A stretch of DNA of 58,326 nt from an uncultured Candidatus Saccharibacteria bacterium. Lineage in GTDB: Bacteria; Patescibacteriota; Minisyncoccia; Phycocordibacterales; UBA5272. Under the pieces are notes generated by a model. It was not told where the DNA came from, searched no databases, and was given only the letters and a program-made list of their open reading frames with translations. Both the position numbers and the translations under genes were made by a program. Positions 1 through 8,669 of the stretch are shown here, in pieces. The stretch spans positions 10,401 through 68,726 of the forward strand of contig CAYGDA010000003.1 of the NCBI GenBank assembly GCA_964348515.1, written 5' to 3'. Numbering within the stretch: position 1 is the first letter of the stretch; each line of letters opens with the position of its first letter.

Positions 1-55
1 CCACGCCCCCGGCAAAGATGAGAAGAACTATTATAGCTGTAAGTATTTTGTTCAT
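1..55 (-). CDS. 5' end of a CDS running off the left edge; hydrophobic N-terminus MNKILTAIIVLLIFAGGV
   Basis: ATG at 55-53 on the minus strand stays open to the window edge. Only 18 codons are visible. Confidence 0.25.
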   Translation of the reverse strand, partial: MNKILTAIIVLLIFAGGV

Positions 56-79
56 CCTGTTGTATGACGTGGTTCTTAT

Positions 80-1015
80 TTATTTGTTACAGAGCACTTT
101 CAACGCAGCCAGGTCGGCGGCTGTCGGCTTCTCCCCGGTGCCCTGATTTAACGGGTACATAATCGCGGAAGGTGACTCCACATGGTCAAGCCCGATTGCG
201 TGGCCAAATTCGTGCTCAAGCACGCGGATTAATTTATTCATATCATTGTACTGGTAGATATCGATTTCTTTCCCCTCACTGCTCACAACATACTCTCCCT
301 CCCTGAATTCAGGTTCAACGGAGGCGTTAATTGTGTTGTATTTATTTGCAACGGCATTATGACTTGCCACGCTGCCGTTTAATTCCGCCACGACTGAATT
401 TATATTCCTGATTTCCGCGTTAAGGGCCGCCGCTTCCGCCTCCAGCTTCGCGTATTCCAGAATCAATTCCTCCTTGGCGTTCTGAAGGCGTTGGTACACA
501 TCCTTAGGAGCTCCCCCGCGCTTGTTCCAGGAATCAACTTCTTCGTTATAACTTTGCTGTACCGCCTCAACCCGGCTCTTGTGAGCCTCAAACTTGGCTT
601 TATTTTCTTTGTACACGGCGGTCAAAGAATTAAATTTACTTTTCAATGCCTGATAATTGGCATCACTGCTGTCCAGAACCGTGTCCAATGTTTTTAACTG
701 TTCCGTCACCTGCTGGCGCCTGTCATATTTAAAGTTAACAACCACTTCCCCTTTCGTGGCGTTATATTCCAAAAGGTTTTTGCCCGATGCTTTGTCCCAC
801 GACTCCGCGGCTTTATTGATGATAGAGAGCACGGCATCATGGGAAAGCTTAAATCGGGGATCAATTTTACCGAGGGTATAGATAACGGGTTTTGAACAGG
901 GAGCACCATAAATAATGGTGCGGACCCTGTCACGTATTTGATCCTGATAGGTATAGGCAAAAACCCCGGCGATAATCACGAGGACAAGGAGAATAAAATC
1001 AATAATTTTTCGCAT
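80..1015 (-). CDS. membrane-anchored coiled-coil protein with a C-terminal matrixin-type (M10) zinc metalloprotease domain
   Basis: 311-aa ORF with an N-terminal TM helix. HEFGHAIGLDH matches HExxHxxGxxH, and AIMYP looks like a Met-turn. Confidence 0.8.
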   Translation of the reverse strand: MRKIIDFILLVLVIIAGVFAYTYQDQIRDRVRTIIYGAPCSKPVIYTLGKIDPRFKLSHDAVLSIINKAAESWDKASGKNLLEYNATKGEVVVNFKYDRRQQVTEQLKTLDTVLDSSDANYQALKSKFNSLTAVYKENKAKFEAHKSRVEAVQQSYNEEVDSWNKRGGAPKDVYQRLQNAKEELILEYAKLEAEAAALNAEIRNINSVVAELNGSVASHNAVANKYNTINASVEPEFREGEYVVSSEGKEIDIYQYNDMNKLIRVLEHEFGHAIGLDHVESPSAIMYPLNQGTGEKPTAADLAALKVLCNK

Positions 1016-1021
1016 GATTTT

Positions 1022-1702
1022 TTATAACTGTGAATATTCCTCTTCCGCCCGGAGCAAATTTTTTTCTTTCTGGGCTTGCCTCAGCGCCCTGGCCGACTCT
1101 GTTTTCCAATTATGATTCCTTAACAACTCCAGCGCAAACTTGTAAAACTTTTTTCTGACTTCCGGATCCTCCAGATTCAAACCCAGCTCTTCCGCAACTT
1201 TTGCGCGTTTTTCAAAAAAATCTTCTCTGCCAAAATTGCTCACGTCTCCGTCTAAGGCATAGCCGATTTCACTTTGTTGTTTAAGCAAAAACGGCGACCC
1301 GTTTTTTACGATAACCTGGGTGTCCATTATATTTGCCATTACTTCCTCGCGTTTATCTTCCGACAACAGTTTATAAGCCTCGCTTTTCCTGAACAGTGTT
1401 ACCGCGATGGGCTCGTTCTCCGTATCCTGTTCAATAAAGCCCACATCGTGCCACGCCGCCGAAACCGCCTGCTGTTCAACAACTTCCGGGGACGCCCCGT
1501 CAGAGAGCGCAAACAGTATGGTTTCCATTATCACGTCTTCCGTGTGTGCTTTTCCGTGATACCGCAAGTGCCTGGGGAGTTTTTCCAACAGAACGAGCGC
1601 CTCGGAAATTTCAGGCCTTTTTATAAGCTCATTATAAACAGCCAGAGCTTCATTTTTTAACTCTTGGCTCTCTGTCCTCGGATATTGCTCGGCTCTTTCC
1701 AT
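1022..1702 (-). CDS. HD-domain phosphohydrolase-like protein
   Basis: 226-aa ORF. HGKAHTEDV followed by AAWHDVGF fits the H...HD metal-binding pattern. Confidence 0.6.
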   Translation of the reverse strand: MERAEQYPRTESQELKNEALAVYNELIKRPEISEALVLLEKLPRHLRYHGKAHTEDVIMETILFALSDGASPEVVEQQAVSAAWHDVGFIEQDTENEPIAVTLFRKSEAYKLLSEDKREEVMANIMDTQVIVKNGSPFLLKQQSEIGYALDGDVSNFGREDFFEKRAKVAEELGLNLEDPEVRKKFYKFALELLRNHNWKTESARALRQAQKEKNLLRAEEEYSQL

Positions 1703-1729
1703 AATTAGAAGATAGCAGATATGCGAAAA

Positions 1730-2482
1730 TTATACATTCGTGAGGCCTTCACTCTCCGACACCGGAACTTCCATAATCAAAATACTGGCTTCCGAATCAG
1801 TTGAGATTTCGACTCTTTCCGTATCCCAGACTCCGACAGCATCCCGCTTTGAAAGATTTTGTCCGCCGACAATCGCGCTTCCTTCAATAACAAAAATATA
1901 CACCCCCGCCTGTTCCGGCGGAGCATCCCCCCTTTGAATTAACTTGTATTCAATCGGCGACTTGCTGTCCAGAACGGCGTGGTAAATGTAAGCATCCTGA
2001 TTTACGGTTAACCCCCCGCCCTTTCCTTCCGGAGAAACCAAAAGCGTAATGCCGTTCTCTTTACTCTGAAACCCGAATGATTTCTGAAAGTATCTAGGTT
2101 TTATCCCGCGCTCTTTCGGCTCAATCCATATTTGAAAAAGCGCGAGAGGCACGTCCTTTGACCCGTTATATTCAGAATGCGTAACTCCCGTTCCGGCTGA
2201 CATTACCTGGACATCGCCTGCCGGCACAACTTTCGTATTCCCAATATCATCTTTGTGGGTAACGGCTCCCTCTCTCACGATAGTTATAATTTCCATGTCC
2301 TTATGGCTGTGCGCGCCAAAACCGGAATCAGGCGCAATTATATCGTCATTTATGACCCGCAATTTTCCAAATCCCATGCGCGCCGGGTCATACCAGTCTG
2401 CAAAACTAAAACTGTAGCGGGTTTTAAGCCAGCCGTAATCTCCATTTCCGCGTTCTTCCGATTTATGAATTATTTTTTTCAT
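1730..2482 (-). CDS. pirin family protein (bicupin)
   Basis: 250-aa ORF. GFGAHSHKDMEIITIV and THSEYN are cupin His motifs, and the N-terminus is YhhW-like. Confidence 0.85.
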   Translation of the reverse strand: MKKIIHKSEERGNGDYGWLKTRYSFSFADWYDPARMGFGKLRVINDDIIAPDSGFGAHSHKDMEIITIVREGAVTHKDDIGNTKVVPAGDVQVMSAGTGVTHSEYNGSKDVPLALFQIWIEPKERGIKPRYFQKSFGFQSKENGITLLVSPEGKGGGLTVNQDAYIYHAVLDSKSPIEYKLIQRGDAPPEQAGVYIFVIEGSAIVGGQNLSKRDAVGVWDTERVEISTDSEASILIMEVPVSESEGLTNV

Positions 2483-2495
2483 TTAATGCGCACAA

Positions 2496-3095
2496 TCACA
2501 ATAGCTCCCTAGGCAACCTCCAAATATAGATTCCCAGAACAAAAGAAATAACCGCCATAGCAACAAATACAGCCTGATAGCCGAAGTTCTGAATAATGAT
2601 ACCCCCTGTAAGTGCCGCAATACCGGTCATAATTGAAGAAATCCCTTCCCACTCTCCCCACTCAACTATTGAATCTTCTTTTGCGGTGTGACTGGCATAT
2701 ACAGAATCAAAAGCAGGGGTCCCTATGGCTGCCGCCACGCCCCAAAAAATCTGCGTAACAATAAGTTGCGGGATACTTGTCATTACCGCGTAACTTAAAA
2801 ACACGCCCGCTCTTAAAATGTATCCGAGTGCGATTAGGAGTTCCTGTTCTCTCACTTTAAGCGACCAATTGGAAAAAAGAAGTATCAAAACCCCGGCGAC
2901 TATGGAAAAAATTGCCCACGACAATCCGGCAAAGGCGATATTCCCGCCGATATTCTGTACAAAAACCGCGTAAAACGGGGCAAAAAGTCCCACTATAAAA
3001 ACCAATATGGAGTTAGTGGTTATAAGAATGCGGAGACTGCGATTCAGGCGTGCACTAGGTAAGGCAACGGCTATTATTCTTTTTAAATTTTCCAT
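2496..3095 (-). CDS. polytopic membrane protein, MFS-half-like
   Basis: 199-aa ORF with about six hydrophobic helices. Confidence 0.5.
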   Translation of the reverse strand: MENLKRIIAVALPSARLNRSLRILITTNSILVFIVGLFAPFYAVFVQNIGGNIAFAGLSWAIFSIVAGVLILLFSNWSLKVREQELLIALGYILRAGVFLSYAVMTSIPQLIVTQIFWGVAAAIGTPAFDSVYASHTAKEDSIVEWGEWEGISSIMTGIAALTGGIIIQNFGYQAVFVAMAVISFVLGIYIWRLPRELL

Positions 3096-3192
3096 TTGTT
3101 TAATTATAGACCAAAAATTTTCTTAACAGAACATATAATTAATAAGCTTGTAAAACTGTTATATAAAGCTATATTGGGTAATAAATTGACTC

Positions 3193-3735
3193 ATGAAATA
3201 TTTTATTGGAATAACCCCGCCAAAGGAAACTGCCCAAAAAATCGCCTCTTTTCAAAAAGAGTTCAAAAACAACAAACTCCCCGGGATGTTTGAACCCCAC
3301 ATAACCATAAAAACCAAAAACGGCCTGACCGAAGATCTAAGTTGGATAGAAAAAGTGCGCCCGGTCATTGAAAGCTACCATAAATTTGAAGTGAGTTTCA
3401 CCGGCGTTGACACGTTCAGGGATGAAGTTGTAATACTGAGGATTGAGCCCTCAAAGGAACTGGTCGGACTTCACAAAGAATTATTCAGAACAATATCCCC
3501 CGACGAAACTGACACATCCAGAAAGTATTTCGAAAACGACAGGTTTGAACCGCATCTTACCCTGGGAATGTCTTCCTGGGGAATGAACAAAGAAGAGTTG
3601 GTTGTTATGAAAGAGGCCGCAGAAAAAGAATTTCCTGCCATTCCAAAATTTGAAGTTCCTTTCGTAAGAATCTACCGCCAAAAAGAACTTGATGAACTTT
3701 ATGAAGAATTTCTTGATATCCCGCTAAATGAATAA
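3193..3735 (+). CDS. 2H phosphoesterase (LigT/ThpR-type RNA 2',3'-cyclic phosphodiesterase family)
   Basis: Two HxTx motifs, EPHITIKT and EPHLTLGM, at the spacing expected for the 2H fold. Confidence 0.8.
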   Translation: MKYFIGITPPKETAQKIASFQKEFKNNKLPGMFEPHITIKTKNGLTEDLSWIEKVRPVIESYHKFEVSFTGVDTFRDEVVILRIEPSKELVGLHKELFRTISPDETDTSRKYFENDRFEPHLTLGMSSWGMNKEELVVMKEAAEKEFPAIPKFEVPFVRIYRQKELDELYEEFLDIPLNE

Positions 3736-4609
3736 ATACACAGATACATCAGCCGGCATATACACTGACAACTATCCGATTCTTTCTTTATCCGGGACGG
3801 ATTTTTTCGAAAACCGCAAAAACGATTTGGCGGATCTTCTGAAAGACTGCGCGTACTTTAAGTGCGCCGACCTAAAGGAGCGGGAAAACACGCTGTCTAA
3901 ACTGGAGCTAATTCTAAACCTGGTGGAAGACGTGAAAATATTAACAAAAGAAAGATACCCTGATTTAGAAATAAGGCACATATCCACAGGAGGCTCATAT
4001 CTCTTCAAGGCAGACGGAAGTAATGATATAGATTTCAATATTATCGTATCAGGCAGCCATTTCTCTTACACTGACATATTTGAAGTTGACGAAATAAACA
4101 GAAAACTGCCCGCCGGTGTAAGGAAGATATCCCTCATGATTTTTGGAGAAGATGATTTCTTAAGAAAAACCGGAGTGGATGATTCCATTGAGGTTGAAGA
4201 TTATATTCACACCTCGCTTTGTCTGAGAGAAGGTCTGGTATTCCAAATAAGAAACGTTCCGATTTACGGGCATCTTTGTGTCCCAAAAAATCTTGATAAA
4301 AAAAATATCCTTATACGAATAAAACGACAACTATTCCACGCAGAACTGATGCTGGAGGATAAAGTTGACTTACACCGAAATATGGAGGCGCGATTACTCA
4401 AAAGCATCGGCAGAATATCAGAGGCCTACTTATACCTTTCTGCAGTTTTTCCGGAATTTGGAATATCAGCGAAAGAAGCTCAGAGAAAGGAACAGGATTT
4501 GTCTGAAACTTTGAACCGTAACGACATCCACGCTTGGCTTGTGAAAGCCAGACATTTTACTGACCCGTCATACGCCCTTAACCAAGTTCAACTTCTGAAG
4601 GCGATTTAA
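3728..4609 (+). CDS. putative Pol-beta-superfamily nucleotidyltransferase with a helical C-terminal domain
   Basis: TGGSYLFKADGSNDIDFNIIV fits G[GS]-x(9-13)-DxD. Its ATG overlaps the end of the upstream gene by 8 nt. Confidence 0.5.
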   Translation: MNKYTDTSAGIYTDNYPILSLSGTDFFENRKNDLADLLKDCAYFKCADLKERENTLSKLELILNLVEDVKILTKERYPDLEIRHISTGGSYLFKADGSNDIDFNIIVSGSHFSYTDIFEVDEINRKLPAGVRKISLMIFGEDDFLRKTGVDDSIEVEDYIHTSLCLREGLVFQIRNVPIYGHLCVPKNLDKKNILIRIKRQLFHAELMLEDKVDLHRNMEARLLKSIGRISEAYLYLSAVFPEFGISAKEAQRKEQDLSETLNRNDIHAWLVKARHFTDPSYALNQVQLLKAI

Positions 4610-4825
4610 TCGTTTTATCCCGGCTTCTCTACTGAGAGCTTCCCCCAGAGTTTTAACTTCCTCTTTATATACAAGTTTTACGGGACGGCGGATTTTTGTG
4701 TAGTGCGCCCCCGACTTTGATTCGTTGTGCTGTTTTAATCTTTTTTCAAGATTGTTGGTTGAACCCACATAAAGGGTGTTATCGGAACACTTAAGAATGT
4801 AGACGAAGTGGGACATCGGAATCAT
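4568..4825 (-). CDS. GIY-YIG nuclease family protein (small, YhbQ/UPF0213-like)
   Basis: FVYILKCSDNTLYVGSTNNLEKRLKQHN is a GIY-YIG motif. The start was trimmed to M49 of the ORF-track entry because the upstream part is a tRNA. Confidence 0.8.
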   Translation of the reverse strand: MIPMSHFVYILKCSDNTLYVGSTNNLEKRLKQHNESKSGAHYTKIRRPVKLVYKEEVKTLGEALSREAGIKRLNRLQKLNLVKGV

Positions 4826-4842
4826 AGGATTTATACCCCCAG

Positions 4843-4913
4843 CTGGCAGACTTGGAATCGAACCAAGATTCACGGCTTCAAAGGCCGCTGTCCTACCTTT
4901 AGACGATCTGCCA
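4843..4913 (-). tRNA. tRNA-Gln (anticodon UUG)
   Basis: Hand-folded cloverleaf with a U1-A72 first pair and G73, as in bacterial tRNA-Gln. Anticodon loop is CTTTGAA and T-loop is TTCGATT. Confidence 0.9.
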
Positions 4914-5068
4914 GCTGGGGGTATAAATTTCAAAATATCTGACTTGGCAAACTTTAGATGATCTGCCAATTTATGGATGTCATTCTTACAGAAAAAACGG
5001 TCTTTGACAAAGAAAATGCTTGGAGTAGCTTTAAGTGCAGGAAGAGAAAGATTATAGGGGAGGCCGGG

Positions 5069-5509
5069 ATGTTTACTGACACAATCAAGTTTTGGCTGGT
5101 TGCTTTGTCGGGTTTGTTCCTGTTCTTTGTGTTGTTTGACGAATGCGAAGCAAGCGGAGGTTTGCCGGCGCAGGAATACGAACTTCTAAAAACGGCTGCC
5201 GGTTACGATTTCAGCTCGGGAGTCGGTTCCCCGTGCGGAAAATATTTCGTCGATGCCGGTACCGTACCAAAGGCGGTCAGTTTCGCGGTCATCCTGCAAT
5301 TTCAGAAGACGGCTGATGGCGGAGCAAGCGTCATAATTCATCCGGAGGTAATAGAAACAACGCGGATTGAAATACGCATAAACAACGGGAAAAACAGGCC
5401 GACGGCGGAGGTGGTAAAAAGAAAAGGCTTTACGGAAAAAATCATCATCCGCTTAAGCGACGGGGAGTTACAGGCTTCTCCGTGCCTGCCGCAACCAAAA
5501 AACACGTGA
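5069..5509 (+). CDS. hypothetical secreted or membrane-anchored protein
   Basis: GGGGAGG RBS lies 6 nt before the ATG at 5069. N-terminus is hydrophobic (FWLVALSGLFLFFVLF). Confidence 0.5.
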   Translation: MFTDTIKFWLVALSGLFLFFVLFDECEASGGLPAQEYELLKTAAGYDFSSGVGSPCGKYFVDAGTVPKAVSFAVILQFQKTADGGASVIIHPEVIETTRIEIRINNGKNRPTAEVVKRKGFTEKIIIRLSDGELQASPCLPQPKNT

Positions 5510-5539
5510 CGCAAAAGGCGGAATTTACTTCCGTCTTTT

Positions 5540-6577
5540 TTATTTCCCGGAAATAATTTCAGTTAAAGCAAGTTCAAGCGGAAGTTCCGGAACAAACGAA
5601 GCAGAGTCTATTAAATGATACGCATCAATTAAAGACACGAGTGTTTTGGAAGAAATGCCGCTCTTTGCGTTCTTGGCAATCTTTTCCAAAAATGCCACGT
5701 CATCCTCGCCGAAAGTTTCTATCAGTTTCTTTTTTGAGTCCGGCGCTATGCGCAAAAGAAACACCGCCCGAAGTTCGGTAAGCAATAATTTAGCCAAAGT
5801 GCGCATATCGGAATTCTGCTCTTTTGCCTTCCCTACTGCCATTAGAGCTTTGCTTATATCAGCCTCGGATATTGCCTCAAGAATCTCGCGCACCACGCGC
5901 CCATTCGGCGCGCCGGTAATAGCTTCAATTTCCTCGCGTGTTACGGTTTTGTCTTTTGAATAAACAAGTACTTTTTCCAAAATACCGTAAGTGTCACGGA
6001 AAGAACCGTCCCCCAAAATTGTGACGAGTTCGATTCCGGCTTTATCTATTTTTATTCCTTCCTTCTTAGCTACTACCGTCACGAGCTCGCGCAGAACCGC
6101 TTCGGATGGCTTTTTGAAAGTAAAAGTCTGACAGCGGGAAATTATTGTATCGGGAACTTTATGAAGTTCCGTTGTCGCCAGAATAAAAATTACATGCTTC
6201 GGGGGCTCTTCCAAGGTTTTCAAAAGCGCATTAAACGCCTCTTTAGTGAGCATGTGCACTTCATCAATAATGTAAACTTTGTACTTTGAATCAAACGGGA
6301 AAGTTTTTACGGCCTCGCGCAGTTCGCGGATATCGTCAATACCGCGGTTGGAGGCGGCGTCGATTTCATATATGTCGGCCTCGCTTACACCAAGCTCTTT
6401 GGCAATAATGCGGGCGACGGAAGTTTTACCTGTTCCGCGGCTTCCGAAAAACAGATACGCGTGCGAAAGTTTTTTGCCTTCAATGGCCCTCTCCAAAACA
6501 GAAACTATATGATCCTGTCCCAAAACTTCGCCAAAATTTTTTGGGCGGTATGCCCTGTAAAGTGCCTGGTGTGCCAT
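5540..6577 (-). CDS. dnaX: DNA polymerase III subunit gamma/tau (short form)
   Basis: GSRGTGKTS Walker A, the IIDEVHMLT box and SRCQ sensor motifs. Confidence 0.9.
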   Translation of the reverse strand: MAHQALYRAYRPKNFGEVLGQDHIVSVLERAIEGKKLSHAYLFFGSRGTGKTSVARIIAKELGVSEADIYEIDAASNRGIDDIRELREAVKTFPFDSKYKVYIIDEVHMLTKEAFNALLKTLEEPPKHVIFILATTELHKVPDTIISRCQTFTFKKPSEAVLRELVTVVAKKEGIKIDKAGIELVTILGDGSFRDTYGILEKVLVYSKDKTVTREEIEAITGAPNGRVVREILEAISEADISKALMAVGKAKEQNSDMRTLAKLLLTELRAVFLLRIAPDSKKKLIETFGEDDVAFLEKIAKNAKSGISSKTLVSLIDAYHLIDSASFVPELPLELALTEIISGK

Positions 6578-6620
6578 GGTGGGTTTAACTATACCAAAGT
6601 AGGGCCTTTTTTAGAAAATT

Positions 6621-6648
6621 AAAAAATCGGCCTTGTAATTAGCCGATT
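6621..6648 (-). terminator. intrinsic terminator of the 6647-7213 gene
   Basis: AATCGGC/GCCGATT stem followed by a T-run on the minus strand. Confidence 0.5.
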
Positions 6649-7213
6649 ACTGCAGGCTCACAGCACGCCTGCGCTCTTTGAACGCGTATTTGCGCTGGGC
6701 AAATTCGTATTCGCCGAAATACGGGTTCATCTGACGTCCCACGCGCAGAAGAGACAGAAGATTGAAAGACGTGTAAGAGTACTTGAGTCCTCCAGCTGCG
6801 GTACGTTCGTTCACGAGACTGACGAGCCCCTGAAGTTCTGTTCTGGAAATCGCAGCGAACACGTACTTAATCAGGAGAAACGTAACGGCAAGAATGTTTG
6901 TGCCAAGCAAATCCTCCGAGATATCGCGCGGCAAAATAAGTTTCGGGTACGGCGACCGCGGATAACGCCTGAGAGCGTACGGTTCGTTGTCAAAGCGGTA
7001 CGCATACAACAGATGGTCCCCCACAGTTCCATAATCGTCCGAAGGCTCTATGTCACGGCATCCGTTATACATTTCGTACAAAAGCTCATCCAAGAAACCG
7101 GCAGCCACCAGAACCCTGTCGTTCCAGGAAGAACAGTACGAGAGAACGCATATCCCCATAAGGTCTCCGTCCCCCTCAACAACTTCCTGTTTTTTTTCGC
7201 TCATATCCTTCAC
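6647..7213 (-). CDS. hypothetical protein, no family recognised
   Basis: 188-aa ORF with its own terminator. GC looks elevated (33/60 in line 6661-6720). Confidence 0.5.
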   Translation of the reverse strand: MKDMSEKKQEVVEGDGDLMGICVLSYCSSWNDRVLVAAGFLDELLYEMYNGCRDIEPSDDYGTVGDHLLYAYRFDNEPYALRRYPRSPYPKLILPRDISEDLLGTNILAVTFLLIKYVFAAISRTELQGLVSLVNERTAAGGLKYSYTSFNLLSLLRVGRQMNPYFGEYEFAQRKYAFKERRRAVSLQ

Positions 7214-7234
7214 CTCTGTGAATGATCGGATAAC

Positions 7235-8299
7235 CTATTGGAAAGTGTACGTTTTTAAAAAATCGTTGACAATACCCCTTACTTCCGCGGAATTTTTTGT
7301 GTCCATAAGTTTTACGCGCAGTTCTTTGGCTCCCGGAAAACCTTCGGCGTAGGCTTTGTAATGTTTTTTCATTATGGAAAAGTTTTTCTTGTCACCCAGC
7401 AGTTTTTCAAAAAGTTCCGTATGTTCAACCAAGACGAGGAGGCGTTCTTTAACTGTCGGTTGGCACCCTTCTTCAATTTCACTTGCCCGTGAAATTTCAT
7501 CAGGATGCTCAACTTGGCGGTCGCCCTTCGCGCGAGCCAAGTTGGCAAATAGCCACGGGTTTCCGAAAATTCCGCGACCAATCATTATCCCGTCACATCC
7601 GGTTTCCAGCGCTTTTTGTTTTCCGTCCGCAATATCACGTACGTCTCCGTTCCCTATGATGAGTGCTTCGCTTTTTAATTTGTCACGAAGTTTAACCGCG
7701 CGTTCCACCGCCTCCCATCTTGCCGGGACTTTTGACATATCTTTTCTCGTGCGCGCGTGCACCGTAACAGCGGCAGGCCCGCACTCAAGCAAGACAGAAA
7801 GCCACTCCTCCAAAATATCTTTGTTGTAACCAATCCGTGTTTTTACGGAAACGGGAATTTTTCCGTCGACTCCTTCTTTTGCCGCTTCAATAACTTTGCG
7901 CGCAATTTCAAAATCTTTCATGAGAGCCGCTCCTGCCCCCTGCTTTTCTATGGTGCGGTCGGGACAGCCCATGTTTATATCAAGCCCGTCAAAACCGAGT
8001 TCTAAAATAAGTTTTGCCGCCGCGCGCATATTGTCCGGATTTGAAGTAAAAACCTGCGCCACAATGGGTCTCTCTGCTTCCGTGTATGCAAGATCAGTCA
8101 TAAGCGCGGCACGGCCTTTGGGAGAAGCTAACCCGTCTGCGGAGACAAACTCAGTCCAAAAAACATCCGGGCCCCCGCCCGCCTTTCCGTGCAGGCTGTA
8201 TTTGGCAATTATCCCGCGGAAAGCAATATCCGTGACATCCGCCATAGGCGCCAAAACAAAAAACGGTTTCTTCAGTTTTGACCAAAATCCCTGATTCAT
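7235..8299 (-). CDS. dus: tRNA-dihydrouridine synthase
   Basis: LAPMADVTD N-terminus, DINMGCP and catalytic-Cys context, TIM-barrel Dus pattern. Confidence 0.9.
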   Translation of the reverse strand: MNQGFWSKLKKPFFVLAPMADVTDIAFRGIIAKYSLHGKAGGGPDVFWTEFVSADGLASPKGRAALMTDLAYTEAERPIVAQVFTSNPDNMRAAAKLILELGFDGLDINMGCPDRTIEKQGAGAALMKDFEIARKVIEAAKEGVDGKIPVSVKTRIGYNKDILEEWLSVLLECGPAAVTVHARTRKDMSKVPARWEAVERAVKLRDKLKSEALIIGNGDVRDIADGKQKALETGCDGIMIGRGIFGNPWLFANLARAKGDRQVEHPDEISRASEIEEGCQPTVKERLLVLVEHTELFEKLLGDKKNFSIMKKHYKAYAEGFPGAKELRVKLMDTKNSAEVRGIVNDFLKTYTFQ

Positions 8300-8380
8300 A
8301 ATAATAGAATCAAAATTAGCAATTTTTGGCCGTTTTTGCTAACTTATTTAAAGATTCTTCAAATATACGGGAGAAAAAAG

Positions 8381-8626
8381 ATGGTAAAGTTCGACCCCAG
8401 AGCCTTGGACGGAAAAACCAACGAGGAAGCAGCCTCGCTGGTTAACAAAATTTTTGAGCGCCACCCACCGCGGGAAGCAAATGAATGGGTAAGCGAATTC
8501 ACCCGTCACATGAAAAAGCTGTGTCTCTCCGGGGACATTCCTCCGCAGTCTCTCCTCATAGCCTTCGTGGTAAGCCTCGAGGCAAACGAAGTTCTCCTGG
8601 CGGAAATGGCCGCAATGACTTCCTAA
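8381..8626 (+). CDS. small hypothetical protein
   Basis: GGGAG RBS lies before the ATG at 8381, and a terminator follows. Confidence 0.4.
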   Translation: MVKFDPRALDGKTNEEAASLVNKIFERHPPREANEWVSEFTRHMKKLCLSGDIPPQSLLIAFVVSLEANEVLLAEMAAMTS

Positions 8627-8632
8627 CCCCAC

Positions 8633-8669
8633 CCGTGGAAAAGCCCCAGGCTTTATCCACGGATTTTTT
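8633..8669 (+). terminator. intrinsic terminator
   Basis: CCGTGGAAAAGCC-cca-GGCTTTATCCACGG hairpin followed by TTTTTT. Confidence 0.6.

Noticed and set aside
4826-4969. N-terminal 48 codons of the ORF-track GIY-YIG entry, and likewise 51855-51995 of the HIT entry
   Set aside because: These segments are tRNA-Gln and tRNA-Glu genes read as protein. Both CDSs were trimmed to internal Met codons that give canonical family N-termini.
8653-8661. DnaA-box-like TTATCCACG, with AGTGGATAA near 17780, as a possible oriC
   Set aside because: These are single isolated 8/9 matches. The first is one arm of a terminator hairpin. There is no box cluster, no dnaA or dnaN gene, and no AT-rich unwinding element nearby.
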